The notes under the pieces are model-generated. The model searched no databases. It was not told where the DNA came from and was given only the letters and a program-made list of their open reading frames with translations. From an uncultured Actinomycetota bacterium (lineage in GTDB: Bacteria; Actinomycetota; Actinomycetes; Propionibacteriales; Nocardioidaceae): a stretch of DNA of 64,000 nucleotides. Positions 1 to 10,994 of the stretch are shown one piece after another; position 1 is the first letter of the stretch, and the number at the start of each line of letters is the position of its first letter. The translations under genes were made by a program, and so were the position numbers. The stretch is from contig CAVXIX010000013.1 in assembly GCA_963761965.1 (NCBI GenBank), positions 84,880-148,879 on the forward strand. The letters run 5' to 3'.

Positions 1-186
1 GACGCGCCCATCAGCGCACCGAGGTGACCGTTGACCTCGCCCTGGCCGCGGTACGTGCCTGCGAACTGGTGAGCGCCGGGCTGGTGCCACACGACGTCAT
101 CGGCGAACATGCCGGCGACCGTGGCGAAGTCCTTGGCGGTGAGGGCATCGGCGTACGTACGAGCGACGGTTGGTGGTGGTTTCCAT
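1..186 (-). CDS. NTF2/SnoaL-like family protein (5' part; runs off window)
   Basis: Manual translation YADALTAKDFATVAGMFADDVVWHQPGAHQFAGTYRG is typical of SnoaL-like proteins; ATG at 186 with AAGGAG upstream; divergent from the HxlR regulator. Confidence 0.7.
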
Positions 187-272
187 GAGCTTCTCCTTGG
201 TGAGATGCTGGGAGCCCTATACTCACTTTCGGTAACCAGTTACCTCAACGTAACCAAAAGGAGGTGTGGTCC

Positions 273-641
273 ATGTCACAGCACCCGGACTTCAACGTCA
301 TGACGGCGACCTGTCCGTCCCGTACGTCGCTGGCCCGGATCGCGAACAAGTGGACCGCCATGATCGTCATCGCCCTCGGCAAGGAGCGGCTACGCTTCGG
401 CGACCTGCGCGCGACGGTGCAGGGCATCAGCGGCAAGGTCTTCACCGAGACGCTGCGCGACCTGGAGCGCGACGGGCTGGTCGCCCGGCACGCGTATGCC
501 GAGATGCCGCCCCGCGTCGAGTACGAGCTGACGTCCCTCGGCCGTACGCTGCACGCCCCGTTGCTGGCGCTCGGCGCCTGGGCCGAGGCGAACATCGACC
601 TGGTCATGGCCGCCCGCGAGACGTACGACGCGCAGTCCTGA
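273..641 (+). CDS. HxlR-family winged-helix transcriptional regulator
   Basis: CPSRTSLARIANKW...RFGDL...LRDLERDGLV...PPRVEYELTSLG; RBS AGGAGG. Confidence 0.9.
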   Translation: MSQHPDFNVMTATCPSRTSLARIANKWTAMIVIALGKERLRFGDLRATVQGISGKVFTETLRDLERDGLVARHAYAEMPPRVEYELTSLGRTLHAPLLALGAWAEANIDLVMAARETYDAQS

Positions 642-662
642 CGGCAGGCACCCCTCGCAGAG

Positions 663-1326
663 TCAGCGCGCGAAAGGGCCCGCACAGCAGCGCCCACTGC
701 AGCAGCATGATGGTCTTGGCATCGACGATGTCCGTCGCCGATCTGCGACGACCGCCTCATCGATGTCGAGCTCGACCACGTCGATGTCCTCACCCTCCTC
801 GGCGAGGCCTCCATGGTTCGTGCCTGGCGGTGCTCGTCCGCTGGTACGGGCGCAGCGTAGAAGTGCAGCTGCTCGGTCACCGATCCCGGGCTCATGTAGA
901 CGTCGAAGACGTGCTCGACCTCGCCGATCTCGGCACCGGTCTCCTCGATAGCCTCGCGGCGGATCGCGGCCTCGGGTGCGTCCTCGTCGAGCAGTCCGGC
1001 TGCGGCCTCCAGCAGCATGCCGTCGTGATGGCCGTTGACGTAGACAGGGAAGCGGAACTGCCGGGTCAGCAGCATCGTGCGGCGCTCGCGGGTCGTAGAG
1101 CAGGATCGTCGCACCGTTGCCGCGGTCGTAGGTCTCCCGGCGTTCGGTGTGCCAGCAGGCCGTCGGACTTGCGGCTGTCGAAGGTCGTCGCACGCAGGAC
1201 ATACCAGTCGTTGGCGAGCAGCTCGACGCTCTTGACGGCCACGTCCGGATTGCGGTCGAGACCCAGCCCGGTCAGGTGCAGGCCCGTGCGGCCGCGGCCG
1301 TCTGGCTCGTCGATGCCCTTGGTCAT
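663..1326 (-). CDS. NUDIX hydrolase, GDP-mannose pyrophosphatase NudK-like (frameshifted)
   Basis: RETYDRGNGATILLYD, LLTRQFRFPVYVNG, Nudix box AGLLDEDAPEAAIRREAIEETG, YMSPGSVTE, EGEDI across frames. Confidence 0.85.
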
Positions 1327-1337
1327 GGCGCCCCGCC

Positions 1338-2345
1338 TCAGCCCAGAGCGCGCAGCCGAGGCGCCAGATCGGTCGTGAAGAGCTCGAGGAAACGCCGCTG
1401 GTCATGACCGGGGGCATGCAGCACCAGGTGGTTGAGGCCCGCATCGGTGTAGGGCTTGACCAGCGTCGCGACCTCGTCGGGGTCCGAGCTGACGATCCAC
1501 CGCTTCGCCACCTGCTCGATCGGCAGCGCGTCTGCGGCCGCCTCCATCTCCATCGGGTCATCGATGCTGTGCTTCTGCTCGGCGGTCAGCGACAGCGGCG
1601 CCCAGAACCGGGTGTTCTCGAGCGCGACCTCCGGGTCCGGGTCGTAGGAGACCTTGATCTCGATCATGCGATCGATGTCGTCGGTCGACCGGCCGGCCTT
1701 CTCCGCTCCCTCGGCGAGCGCGGGCATGAGCTTGTCCTCGTAGAGCTCCATGCCCTTGCCGGACGTGCAGATCATGCCGTCGCCCTTGCGTCCGGCATAT
1801 CGCGCCACGACCGGTCCCCCGGCGGCGACGTAGACCGGGACCCCGCCGTCCGGCACGTCGTAGATCGACGCGCCGACCGCGCGGTAGTAGTCACCCTCGA
1901 AGTCGACGCGCTCACCGGTCCACAGCTGCCGCATCAGGTCGACGGCCTCCCGCAGCCGCGCGAAGCGCTCCTTGAACTCCGGCCAGTCTCCGACGAAGCC
2001 TGACGCCGCCTCGTTGAGCGCCTCGCCGGTCCCGACGCCCAGCAGGATGCGGTCCGGGTAGAGGCATCCCATCGTCGCGAACGCCTGCGCGACAACCGCC
2101 GGGTTGTAGCGAAACGTCGGAGTCATGACCGACGTGCCCAGACGGATGGACGACGTGCGCTCGCCGACCGCGGTCAGCCATGCCAGCGAGAAGGGCGCGT
2201 GGCCGCCGTTGTGCCGCCACGGCTGGAAATGATCGCTCACCACGGCGGTGTCCATGCCGGCTGCCTCGGCGAGGACGCCGAGCTCGACGAGCTCCCTGGG
2301 TGCGAACTGCTCGGCCGATGCCTTGTAACCGATTCTCAGCTCCAC
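1338..2345 (-). CDS. fgd: F420-dependent glucose-6-phosphate dehydrogenase
   Basis: [21 protein letters not shown]...[18 protein letters not shown]...[15 protein letters not shown]...GTGEALNE; intact ORF. Confidence 0.93.
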   Translation of the reverse strand: MELRIGYKASAEQFAPRELVELGVLAEAAGMDTAVVSDHFQPWRHNGGHAPFSLAWLTAVGERTSSIRLGTSVMTPTFRYNPAVVAQAFATMGCLYPDRILLGVGTGEALNEAASGFVGDWPEFKERFARLREAVDLMRQLWTGERVDFEGDYYRAVGASIYDVPDGGVPVYVAAGGPVVARYAGRKGDGMICTSGKGMELYEDKLMPALAEGAEKAGRSTDDIDRMIEIKVSYDPDPEVALENTRFWAPLSLTAEQKHSIDDPMEMEAAADALPIEQVAKRWIVSSDPDEVATLVKPYTDAGLNHLVLHAPGHDQRRFLELFTTDLAPRLRALG

Positions 2346-2369
2346 GTGGCTCTCCTCACGGTGTGTCCG

Positions 2370-2382
2370 ATGGTTGAACCAT
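2370..2382. promoter_or_regulatory. Palindrome ATGGTT-G-AACCAT, candidate GntR/FadR-type operator upstream of fgd
   Basis: Perfect inverted repeat with TGGT-N3-ACCA core about 25 bp upstream of the fgd start. Confidence 0.35.
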
Positions 2383-2482
2383 GGCACGGTCACCGGGCCG
2401 GCCCGCCAGGAGGTCGCACGGCGGGATGCGAGGGCCGCTACGACATGCGTGCTCCGCACCGGTCACCTAGCGTGATCTCACC

Positions 2483-3481
2483 ATGGTCCGCCTCCGCCGT
2501 ACGTCCCCGAGCTCGCCGGGCTGGTCGCGGGTCCGGCACGGCCGCGGGTTCCGGTTCCTCGACGAGGACGGCCGGCCGCTCGAACCCGAGCAGGTCCTGC
2601 GGTGCAAGAAGCTCGTCATCCCGCCGGCGTGGAACGAGGTGTGGATCTGTGCCGTCGAGAACGGCCACCTGCAGGCGGTCGGCACCGACGCTGCGGGGCG
2701 ACGGCAGTACATCTACCACCCCGAATGGCGGGCCCGCCGAGACTCCGAGAAGTTCGAGCGGATGGAGGGCTTCGCCGCCTCGCTGCTCAAGCACCGGCTC
2801 GAGGCGCGCAGCCACCTCGCCGGTCGAGGAGCTGAGCCTCGAACGCGTCGCCGCAACGGCGTTCAGCCTGCTCGACCTCGGCATGTTCAGGATCGGCTCG
2901 GAGCGGTATGTCGAGGAGAACGAGAGCTACGGGCTGACGACGCTGGAGAAGCGGCACGTGCACGTCTCGGGCCGCGGACATGACGTTCTCCTATCCGGCC
3001 AAGTCGGGACAGGTCGTCGAGGTCACGGTCCGTGACGAGCGCGTGCGCGAGGTGCTCGAGGTGCTTCGCCGGCGGCGCGGCGGCGGCGATCGCCTGCTGG
3101 CGTACAAGAGCGGCCGGCAGTGGCGTGATCTCGATGCCGACGACGTCAACGCGTACGTCAAGGAGATCGTCGGCGAGCCTCTACTCGGCCAAGGACTTCA
3201 GGACCTGGCGCGGCACCTCGATCGCCGCGTTGGCGCTGGCCCGCAGCGACCGCAGCACGCCGACCCGGCGCAAGAAGTCCGTCGCGGCGGCGATGCGCGA
3301 GGTCGCGGACCACCTCGGCAACACCCCGGCGATCGCCCGGTCGTCGTACGTCGACCCGCGCATCATCGACCTCTACGAGGACGGGATCACGGTGCGCGCC
3401 GACCACCGCCGCGTGGCGCCGGGTGCCCCCATGAGCCGCACGCTGGAGCGCCAGGTGTTGCGGATCCTGCGGCGGGCGTGA
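2483..3481 (+). CDS. DNA topoisomerase IB (bacterial type; frameshifted)
   Basis: IPPAWNEVWIC, GTDAAGRRQYIYHPEW, GMFRIG, YPAKSG, KDFRTWRGT, LGNTPAIARSSYVDP (catalytic Tyr). Confidence 0.9.
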
Positions 3482-3539
3482 AGCATGCCCTGACCGGGTC
3501 GGCGACTCCGCGCGTGGAGGTGGGGACCACAATTGTTGA

Positions 3540-6057
3540 ATGAGTGCTCCGAGCGACCGCGAGATCAGCCGGGCCGTCACGCGCGCCGTCGCCGGCAAGA
3601 CGATCGACGCCCGCGAGGCCGCAGGTCTGCTGAGCGCCCGGGGCGACGAGCTGCGCCGGCTCATGTCGGCGGCGGCGCGGGTCCGCGACGCGGGGCTGGA
3701 GTCGGCCGGCCGGCCGGGCGTCGTCACGTACAGCAAGAAGGTCTTCATCCCGCTGACCCGGCTGTGCCGCGACCGGTGCCACTACTGCACGTTCGCGACG
3801 ACGCCCGGCCGGCTGCCCGCGCCGTTCCTGTCGCCCGACGAGGTGCTCGACATCGCCCGCAAGGGCGCCGCGATGGGCTGCAAGGAGGCGCTGTTCACGC
3901 TCGGCGACCGCCCCGAGGACCGCTGGGACGACGCCAAGGAGTGGCTCGCGGCCGCCGGCTACGACAGCACGCTGGAGTACGTACGCGCGATGGCGATCCG
4001 GGTGCTCGAGGAGACCGGGCTGCTCCCCCACCTCAACCCCGGCGTCATGAGCTGGAAGGAGATGTCGCGGCTCAAGCCGGTCGCGCCGTCGATGGGCATG
4101 ATGCTCGAGACGACGAGCCGCCGGCTGTTCGAGGAGAAGGGCCAGGCGCACTACGCCAGCCCCGACAAGGATCCGGCCGTACGCCTGAGGGTGCTCGAGG
4201 ACGCCGGCCGGCTCAACATCCCGTTCACGACCGGGCTGCTGATCGGCATCGGCGAGACGATCGAGGACCGGGTCGAGAGCATCTTCGAGCTGCGCCGGAT
4301 CGCGCGCACGTACGGGTCGATCCAGGAAGTCATCATCCAGAACTTCGTGTCCAAGGACGACACCGCGATGCGGCTGACGCCCGACCTCGAGGTCGAGGAG
4401 TACCTCGCCGCGATCGCGACGACCCGCATCCTGATGGGCCCGGCGATGCGCGTGCAGGCGCCGCCCAACCTCGTCGGCCTCGACGACTGCCGGGCGCTGC
4501 TGGACGCCGGCGTCGACGACTTCGGCGGCATCAGCCCGCTGACGCCGGACCACGTCAACCCCGAGCGCCCTGGCCCCAGATCACCGCGCTGACCGAGCTG
4601 TGCGCGGAGCGCGGCTTCACGCTGACCGAGCGGCTCACGGCTCACCCGCAGTTCCTGTCCGAGCCGTGGCTCGACCCGCGCCTGCGCCCGCACGTCGACG
4701 CGCTGGTCGCCGATGACGGGCTGGCCCGCGCGGACGCGATCCCCGAGGGCCTGCCGTGGCAGGAGCCCGACGGCGGCTGGTCGACGACCGGGTGGCTGTC
4801 GCGGGGCCGCACCGACCTGCACACGGAGATCGACACCGTCGGGCGTACGGCCGACCGGCGCAGCGACTTCGAGGACGTCTACGGCGACTGGTCGGTGCTG
4901 CGCGACGGCCAGGCGGGCCGCGATGCCGCGCTGGTCGGCATCGGCGACGGCGGGTTCGCCGCGGCGATGCGGGCGGCCGAGCGCGATCCGGCCGGGCTGT
5001 CGGACGCCGACGCGCTGACGCTCATGACGGCCGAGGGCGCGCAGCTCGACGCCGTCGCCGCACTGGCCGACGACCTGCGCCGGCAGGCGGTCGGCGACGA
5101 CGTCACCTACGTCGTCAACCGGAACATCAACTTCACCAACGTCTGCTACACCGGCTGCCGGTTCTGCGCGTTCGCCCAGCGGCGTACGGACGCCGACGCC
5201 TACACGCTGTCGCTCGACGAGATCGGCGACCGGGCGAGCGAAGCGTGGCGTTCGGCGCGACCGAGGTCTGCATGCAGGGCGGCATCGACCCGGACCTGCC
5301 CGGCACGGCGTACTTCGACATCGCCGCGGCGGTCAAGGGCCGCGAGCCCGGCCTGCACGTCCACGCGTTCAGCCCCATGGAGGTCATGAACGGGGTCACC
5401 CGCACCGGCATGTCGGTCCGCGACTTCCTGATGCAGGCCAAGGAGTCCGGCGTCGACTCGCTTCCCGGCACCGCCGCGGAGATCCTCGACGACGACGTCC
5501 GCTGGGTCCTGACCAAGGGCAAGCTGCCGACGTCGGAGTGGCTCGACGTGATCCGCACGGCGCACGAGATCGGCCTGCCGACGACCTCGACGATGATGTA
5601 CGGCCACGTCGACCACCCCGGCCACTGGGTCGGCCACCTGCGCACGATCGCCAACCTGCAGCGCGAGACCGGCGGGTTCACCGAGTTCGTGCCGCTGCCG
5701 TTCGTGCACCAGTCGTCGCCGATCTACCTCGCCGGCGTCGCCCGCCCCGGCCCGTCGGTGCGCGACAACCGCGCGGTGCACGCCCTGGCGCGGATCATGC
5801 TGCACGGGCTGATCGACAACATCCAGTGCTCGTGGGTCAAGCTCGGCCCCGAGACCTGCACCCAGGTGCTGCAGGGCGGCGTCAACGACCTCGGCGGCAC
5901 GCTGATGGAGGAGACCATCAGCCGCATGGCCGGCTCGACGAACGGCTCGCGCAAGTCGATCGAGGAGCTCGAGGCGATGGCGGCGCTCGCCGGTCGTCCG
6001 GCCGTGCAGCGCACCACGACGTACGGCCGGCTGTCCCCGGTGAGGGCCGCAGGATGA
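3540..6057 (+). CDS. fbiC: Bifunctional FO synthase CofG-CofH (frameshifted)
   Basis: Two radical-SAM motifs CRDRCHYC and CYTGCRFC; [14 protein letters not shown]; [10 protein letters not shown]; [17 protein letters not shown]. Confidence 0.93.
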
Positions 6058-6705
6058 CGACGTCGTTCACCGTCGATCATGCCGATGAAGGCGTGGGACC
6101 GCGCCAAGTCGCGGCTCCACGTCGAGCCGGCCACGCGCCGCGCCCTCGCCGAGGCGTTCGCCCGCGACACGCTCGCCGCCGTGCTGGCGTGCCCCGAGGT
6201 GGGCGAGGTCGTCGTCGTGACGCGGGGCGACCTGGTCGTCGACTCCGTGCGCGACGCCGGCGCGCACGTCATCCAGGAGCCGGCCGACCGGCCGATCGAC
6301 ACCTTGGGGTCCGCGATCCGCCACGGCATCGCGTGGGCCGCCGACCACCGGCCGACGCTCCGCTCGCGGTCGTGCCGTCGGACCTGCCCGGCCCTGACCT
6401 CCGACGCGCTGGGCCGAGCTGCTGCGCGAGGCCGCCGCGCACCCGTTCGCGTTCGTGGCGGACGCCAACGGCGACGGCACCACGATCCTGACGAGCCGCA
6501 CTCCGGACCTGATGCGCGCCGGCTACGGACCCGGCTCGGCCGAGCGGCACCGCGCCTACGGGGCGTACGAGCTGGCGCGCCGATGCCCTGCGCCAGGACG
6601 TCGACACCCTCGACGACCTCGTCGCCGCCGACCGGCTGGGTCTCGGCCGCACACCCGGCAGGCGTACGGCGACCTCGCGAGGACCAGTCGGCCATCAGTC
6701 GCTGA
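6054..6705 (+). CDS. cofC: Phosphoenolpyruvate/2-phospho-L-lactate guanylyltransferase CofC/FbiD (frameshifted, end approximate)
   Basis: [40 protein letters not shown]; ATGA overlap with fbiC. Confidence 0.85.
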
Positions 6706-7662
6706 CGACGGCGATCACGACTTCGCGGCGCAGCGCGCGGGCCAGGATCCGCAGGCGTTCGGCCAGCGCCCCGGCCTCGATGTATGCCTCCGGTGCACCG
6801 TCCTCGCTCAGCGCGCGCACCTCGAGCGAGCCGTCGGCCGCCACGGTCACGTCCGCGAGCGACAGGTCGGCACCGGCGCGCGCCAGGGCGATCAGGTCGT
6901 CGTCGGGCTCAGCCGCGGGGAAGCCCCGCGGCAGTCGCCGCGCGACACCGCGGCCAGCACGGCGTCGCGCGCACCGAGCCCGAACAGGTCACCGTCCTCG
7001 TCACGGATCAGCGAGGCCGCGCCCTCGTCGTGAGCGCCGAACCACTCGGCCGGCAGGCCGCGAACGACGACGACCGGATGCCCGTCGAGCTTGCCGGCGA
7101 CGAGGTCGGCCACGCCTGCGATCTCGTCGGCGATCGCGGGCGCGGTCACGGCGAGGACGTTGCCGTACGCGTCCTCGACCCCCGCGAACGAGAGCAACGG
7201 CGCGATCCCGGAGACGCCGATCGCGATGTCGGTCTGCCCGATCCGCCAGGCGCGTCCGGCGGTGTCGCTGACGATGACGCCGAGGCGTACGCCGGTGAGC
7301 TCTTCGAGGCGAGCGCGCAGGTCGCGCGCGGCACCATCGGGGTCGGGCGGCAGCGGGATGACGGTGCCGGCCTCGAGGTTCGACGCGTCGATGCCCGCGG
7401 CCGCGAGGGTCAGGCCGGAGTGCGTGCGCACGATGCGGGTCTGCCCGCGGCGCGCCACGACCCGGTCGGTCTCGGCGTCGAGCAGCAGCTCGCGATCACC
7501 GCTCGTCGCCAGACCGGCAGCCTTGCTGACGACCTTGCTCGTCACGACGAGCACGTCGCCGTCTGCGAGCGGCTCGGCCAGGTGCTCCGCGATGATCCGC
7601 GCCAGGTCGTCGCCTGCCTTGATCTCGCCGATGCCCTCGAGCGGCCACGCGTGCAGAGCCAT
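6695..7662 (-). CDS. cofE: Coenzyme F420-0:L-glutamate ligase CofE/FbiB with short C-terminal extension (frameshifted)
   Basis: [65 protein letters not shown]. Confidence 0.9.
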
Positions 7663-7664
7663 CG

Positions 7665-8641
7665 TCAGGCCTTGGCTGCCAGTGAGTCGGCGAGGTCGAG
7701 GGTGTCGCGAGCCAGCTGGGCCGTGGTCGCGGCGTCTGTCATGTAGAGCGGGACCGCACGGGCGGTGATACCGGCAGCCTCGATGTGTCGAGCTCGGCCG
7801 CGTCGGCGCTGTCGACGAGCCAGGCGTCGAGCACTCCCCCGGACGTGCCGGGCGCCGTGATGGCGAGCAACACCTGCAGCGCTGATCTCGATGCCGAGGC
7901 CGGTCAGCAGCTGGTCGGCCATCCCCCGTACCGCGGCGCCACCGATGATCGGCGAGACCCCGACGACCGGAGCAGCTGTCGTGCGTACGGCCGGCGATCT
8001 GCGGGACCGACAGGATCGCGCCGACCGACACGATGGGGTTGGACGGCGGCAGGATGACCCGGTCAGCGCCCAGGATGGCCTCGACGACGCCGGGGCCGGC
8101 CACGGCGTCCTCTGCGCCCTGGAACGTCGACCTCGCGCACCGGCACCTTGGCGCCGAGACGGATCCAGTACTCCTGGAAGTGGATCACGTCGAGACCGTC
8201 CTCACCGTCGACGGCGATGTGGGTCTCGACCTCGTCCTCGGTCATCGGCAGCAGGCGTACGCCGGGCTTCCACCGCTCGCAGAGCCGCTCGGTGATGGCG
8301 GCGAGGCCGATGCCCTCGTGCCACATCTGGGTGCGGATGAGGTGCGTTGCGAGGTCCCGGTCGCCAAGGCCGAACCAGGTGTTGGCCGCGCCGTACGCGG
8401 TCAGCTCTTCCTTGGCGTTCCACGTCTCGTCGGTGCGACCCCACTTGCGATCGGGGTCGATGCCGCCGCCGAGGGTGTACATCACGGTGTCGAGGTCGGG
8501 GCACACCCGGAGGCCGAACAGCCAGATGTCGTCGGCAGTGTTGCCGATGACCGTGACCTCGTCCTCAGGTCCCACCACGTCGAGGAGGCCCGACAGGAAG
8601 TTGGCACCACCGACTCCACCTGACAGCACCGTGATTCGCAT
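7665..8641 (-). CDS. cofD: 2-phospho-L-lactate/PEP transferase CofD/FbiA (frameshifted)
   Basis: MRITVLSGGVGGANFL, NTADD, CPDLDTVMYTLGGG, WFGLGDRDLATH, HFQEYW, PPSNPIVS. Confidence 0.93.
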
Positions 8642-8670
8642 GCGCCCAGTCTGCCCGAGCGGGTCTGGGG

Positions 8671-10011
8671 TCAGAGCGCCGACTCGATCGCGCGCCAGAA
8701 CGTCGGGTAGGCGTACACCGTGTTGCGCAGCGTCGCGAGCGGGATCTCGGCACGCACCGCGAACGCCAGGGCCGACAGCGTCTCGCCGCCGGTCGGCCCG
8801 GCGCTCGTGGCGCCGATGATGATGTCGCGGTCGGCATCGATGACGAGCTTGATCAGGCCCTCGTTGCCGACACCGTGGACGAACCCGCGGCTGCTCGCCG
8901 CGACGTCGGTCAGCCCGACGCGTACGTTGACGCCGCGGTCCCTGGCCTGCTGCTCGGTGACCCCGACGCCACCGACCTCGGGATCGGTGAACGTCACCCG
9001 CGGGAAGCTGGCGTCGTACTCCTCCAGCGGCTCGCCGAGGATCGCCTTGGCCGCCCGCTCGGCGTGGTACATCGACAGGTGCGTGAACGCGCCGCGGCCG
9101 ACGATGTCGCCGATCGCCCAGAGGCCATCCTTGACCTGCATGTCGTCCCCCACCGTCAGGAACCGCCCGACCTCGACGCCGACCGTGTCGAGGCCGATGT
9201 CGTCGAGGCGGGACTTGCGGCCGGCCGCCACGAGCAGCTGCTCGGCCTCGTAGGTCGTGTCGCCGCAGGTCACGGTGAAACCGCTGCCGTCGTGGTCGAT
9301 CCGGTCGATCGTCACGCCGGCATGCACGCCGATGCCTTCGGCCTCGAAGACCTTGGCGAGCAGCTCCGACGACTCCGGCTCCTCAGGAGCGAGGATGCGG
9401 GGCGCGACCTCCAGCACCGTGACCTCGGTGTCGAAGCGCGCGTACGCCTGGGCCAGCTCGAGGCCGATCGCGCCGCCGCCGATCACGATCAGCGAAGCCG
9501 GCGCCTGCTCGGCCTTGAGCGCTTCGCGGTTGGTCCAGTACGGGGTGTCGGCGAGCCCCGGAATCGGCGGGACCGCTGCGGTGGTGCCGGTGTTGAGCAC
9601 GACGCCCTTGGAGGCGACATACGTGTCGCCGGCGACCTCGACCGTACGATCGCCGGCCAGGCGCCCGCGCCCCCGCACGAGGGTGGCGCCGGCAGCCGTG
9701 ATCCGGTCGGCCGCGACAGTGTCGTCCCAGTTGTCGGTGGCCTCGTTGCGGATGCGCTTGGCGACGACCGAGAAGTCGGGCGTGACCGTCGCGCTGCCGG
9801 ACAGCGTGGCGATGCGCCGCGCCTCGGCCAGCAGGTTGGCAGCGCGGATGAACATCTTGGACGGGATGCAGCCCCAATAGGGACACTCACCGCCGACCAG
9901 CTCGGCCTCGACCGCGACCACGGCGAGTCCGGCCTTGGCGAGCCGCGCGACGAGCGCCTCGCCTCCGGGCCCGAGACCGACAACGACGACGTCACACTCG
10001 TGAGCACTCAT
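8671..10011 (-). CDS. Flavoprotein pyridine nucleotide-disulfide oxidoreductase (dihydrolipoamide dehydrogenase family)
   Basis: VVGLGPGG, GGECPYWGCIPSK redox disulfide, IGGGAIGLE, FTDPEVG, YAYPTF; intact. Confidence 0.88.
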   Translation of the reverse strand: MSAHECDVVVVGLGPGGEALVARLAKAGLAVVAVEAELVGGECPYWGCIPSKMFIRAANLLAEARRIATLSGSATVTPDFSVVAKRIRNEATDNWDDTVAADRITAAGATLVRGRGRLAGDRTVEVAGDTYVASKGVVLNTGTTAAVPPIPGLADTPYWTNREALKAEQAPASLIVIGGGAIGLELAQAYARFDTEVTVLEVAPRILAPEEPESSELLAKVFEAEGIGVHAGVTIDRIDHDGSGFTVTCGDTTYEAEQLLVAAGRKSRLDDIGLDTVGVEVGRFLTVGDDMQVKDGLWAIGDIVGRGAFTHLSMYHAERAAKAILGEPLEEYDASFPRVTFTDPEVGGVGVTEQQARDRGVNVRVGLTDVAASSRGFVHGVGNEGLIKLVIDADRDIIIGATSAGPTGGETLSALAFAVRAEIPLATLRNTVYAYPTFWRAIESAL

Positions 10012-10107
10012 GCGCCCATCCTCTGGCATGGGGACGCCCTCGTGCCAGAGCAACCTGTGCGGTGATTTCGCCTCCGCGGTGGTCGCCACGTGGTTACGCT
10101 GCGCTGC

Positions 10108-10984
10108 ATGGATGCCGTGCCGGCGACTGACGCAGATCGACGCGGGGCGTTCGACGAGCTCAAGGAGCTGCTGTCCAGCGGGCGTATCGACGCTGCCGAG
10201 TTCGCCACGCGTTCCTCCAAGATCGCGGACGCCACGACGCTGTCGGAGCTGGCCGCCCTCGTGACGGCCAGCGGCCGCGCACGTGCCACAGCTGCACCGG
10301 CGAAGCAGTCATTCGGCACGGTCGTGGGCGACGCCATCACGAGCCCGGAGTCGGCCGGTCCGTCGGACGATTCGCCACGGTGTTCGGCATGAGGCGGGTG
10401 ATCTTCTGGTTGGTCGGCCTCGCCCTCGCGGGCGGCGCGGCATTCGCGATCCCGCGTTTCGTGTCCGCCGACGACGGATCGTCGAACCCCCCGTCCGGCG
10501 CCGGGCGCGAGCCCCGGCGCGACGGAGCAGACGGCCACCGCGCCGGCCCTCCCGAGCTGCTGACGAGCGACGGGTTCACCAAGCTCCGCGACGACATGCG
10601 CGCCAAGATCGGCAACACCCGCTATCTCAGTGCCGTGATCTATCCGGACTACGCGACGATCGAGGTGCCCATTACGGGCGACCCCGATCACTCACAACGC
10701 TGGTACTACAACGGCAGCTTCCCCTACAACCCCATCGAGAGCCCTCGCAAGGCCGGCTCGAAGGCTGCCGACCTGCGCAGCGTGGCGTGACGGCGCTGGC
10801 TCGCGCGATCCAACGCGCTCCGGAGCAGCTCAACGTACGGGACGCCGACCGGACCTACCTGATCTTCGACAACCGCTCGGGTCTCAACGTGATGTCGGTC
10901 TATGTCATGAGCCCGTCGAACAAGACCGGCTACTGGACCATGAAGCTCAATGGCTCGACGATCACGAAGTACAAGGCACCGTGA
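10108..10984 (+). CDS. DUF1707 (SHOCT-like) single-pass membrane protein, paralog 1 (frameshifted)
   Basis: ATDADR...[11 protein letters not shown]...[11 protein letters not shown]; [20 protein letters not shown]; outer domain with IYPDYA and GYWT. Confidence 0.7.
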
Positions 10985-10994
10985 CGGTCAGTGA

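Noticed and set aside
2483-3481. Tyrosine recombinase or integrase marking a mobile element
   Set aside because: Motifs match topoisomerase IB; no att sites, tRNA or cargo
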